Positions 63,594-64,000 of a stretch of DNA of 64,000 nucleotides are shown piece after piece; the stretch's first letter is position 1, and every line of letters starts with the position of its first letter. Both the position numbers and the translations under genes were made by a program. Source of the DNA: a virus. The stretch lies in IMG/VR virus record IMGVR_UViG_3300045988_050969; one strand, 5' to 3'. Under the pieces are notes generated by a model that was given only the letters and a program-made list of their open reading frames with translations, did no database searches and had not been told where the DNA came from.

Positions 63594-64000
63594 ATGAAAG
63601 CATTTGAGTATTTACAAAAAAATATTAAGAAAGAATATTCTTTCTATCCTGGTACAATCATATCTTTAACTACTAAAGACGCAGTTACTCCATTTAAACT
63701 TAACGAAAAGGAATATTGTACTGGAAGAACTAAAATAGGTAATCAGTATTATAACTTTCTAAAAGATGAATCTAGCGATGGTGCAATCTTTAGTGGATTA
63801 CCTGATAGTATATATAAAAGAATAGAATATCCTATGCTTAATACAATAGCACAAAGAATCCAAGACAAAGTTATGATATTTGCTGTCAGCCATGCAGAAA
63901 TGCAACAAACTAAAACTGAGTTAGTTCAGTTAAGAATAGCAAATAGTATGATTATGAATCTCAAATGTCTTAGTTCAGATGATAGAATTCTCTGGGCTAA
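63594..64000 (+). CDS. hypothetical protein, 3' end beyond window
   Basis: ATG 63594-63596 (MKAFEYLQKNIKKEYSFYPG...) stays open to the window end. Confidence 0.5.
   Translation, partial: MKAFEYLQKNIKKEYSFYPGTIISLTTKDAVTPFKLNEKEYCTGRTKIGNQYYNFLKDESSDGAIFSGLPDSIYKRIEYPMLNTIAQRIQDKVMIFAVSHAEMQQTKTELVQLRIANSMIMNLKCLSSDDRILWA

Overview
AT-rich double-stranded DNA phage segment. By inference it is crAss-like (Crassvirales-type) and infects Bacteroidota: it has BACON-repeat tail proteins, giant virion proteins, ThyX and amber recoding. All analysis was done by eye. Coordinates not taken from the ORF track are +/-1-3 nt. Layout: (i) 1-48104, minus strand: late module with terminase, portal, scaffold-like protein, capsid candidate, many tail fibres, lysis genes and giant virion proteins. 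The ORF track looks shattered here, but the fragments are co-framed and every separator I checked is TAG. Genes end in TAA or TGA with ATGA/TAATG overlaps, so TAG is a sense codon, most likely Gln. (ii) 48383-48454, minus strand: a tRNA with anticodon CUA (amber suppressor) sits exactly at the boundary with (iii). (iii) 48524-54694, minus strand: middle genes (ThyX, GroES-like, wHTH and others) readable in the standard code; two of them terminate in TAG. (iv) 54983-64000, plus strand: small early genes, all TAG-free, interleaved with unusually long GC-elevated non-coding stretches. Main finds: a complete diversity-generating retroelement (RT 16946-17968, TR 18106-18201, VR 18344-18439 at the 3' end of tail-fibre gene 18231-20792) whose RT gene needs 8 TAG read-throughs; a tmRNA-like element whose 3' tRNA-like half lies upstream of its 5' half (permuted, two-piece-like, 61861-62129); tRNA-Leu(UAA); a ribosomal L7/L12 C-terminal-domain-like protein; a repeated structured-RNA family and hairpins with a conserved NAGAAU loop; a GIY-YIG homing endonuclease beside the capsid gene; and a TAG-poor island encoding odd Gly/Trp/Cys/Tyr-rich proteins.
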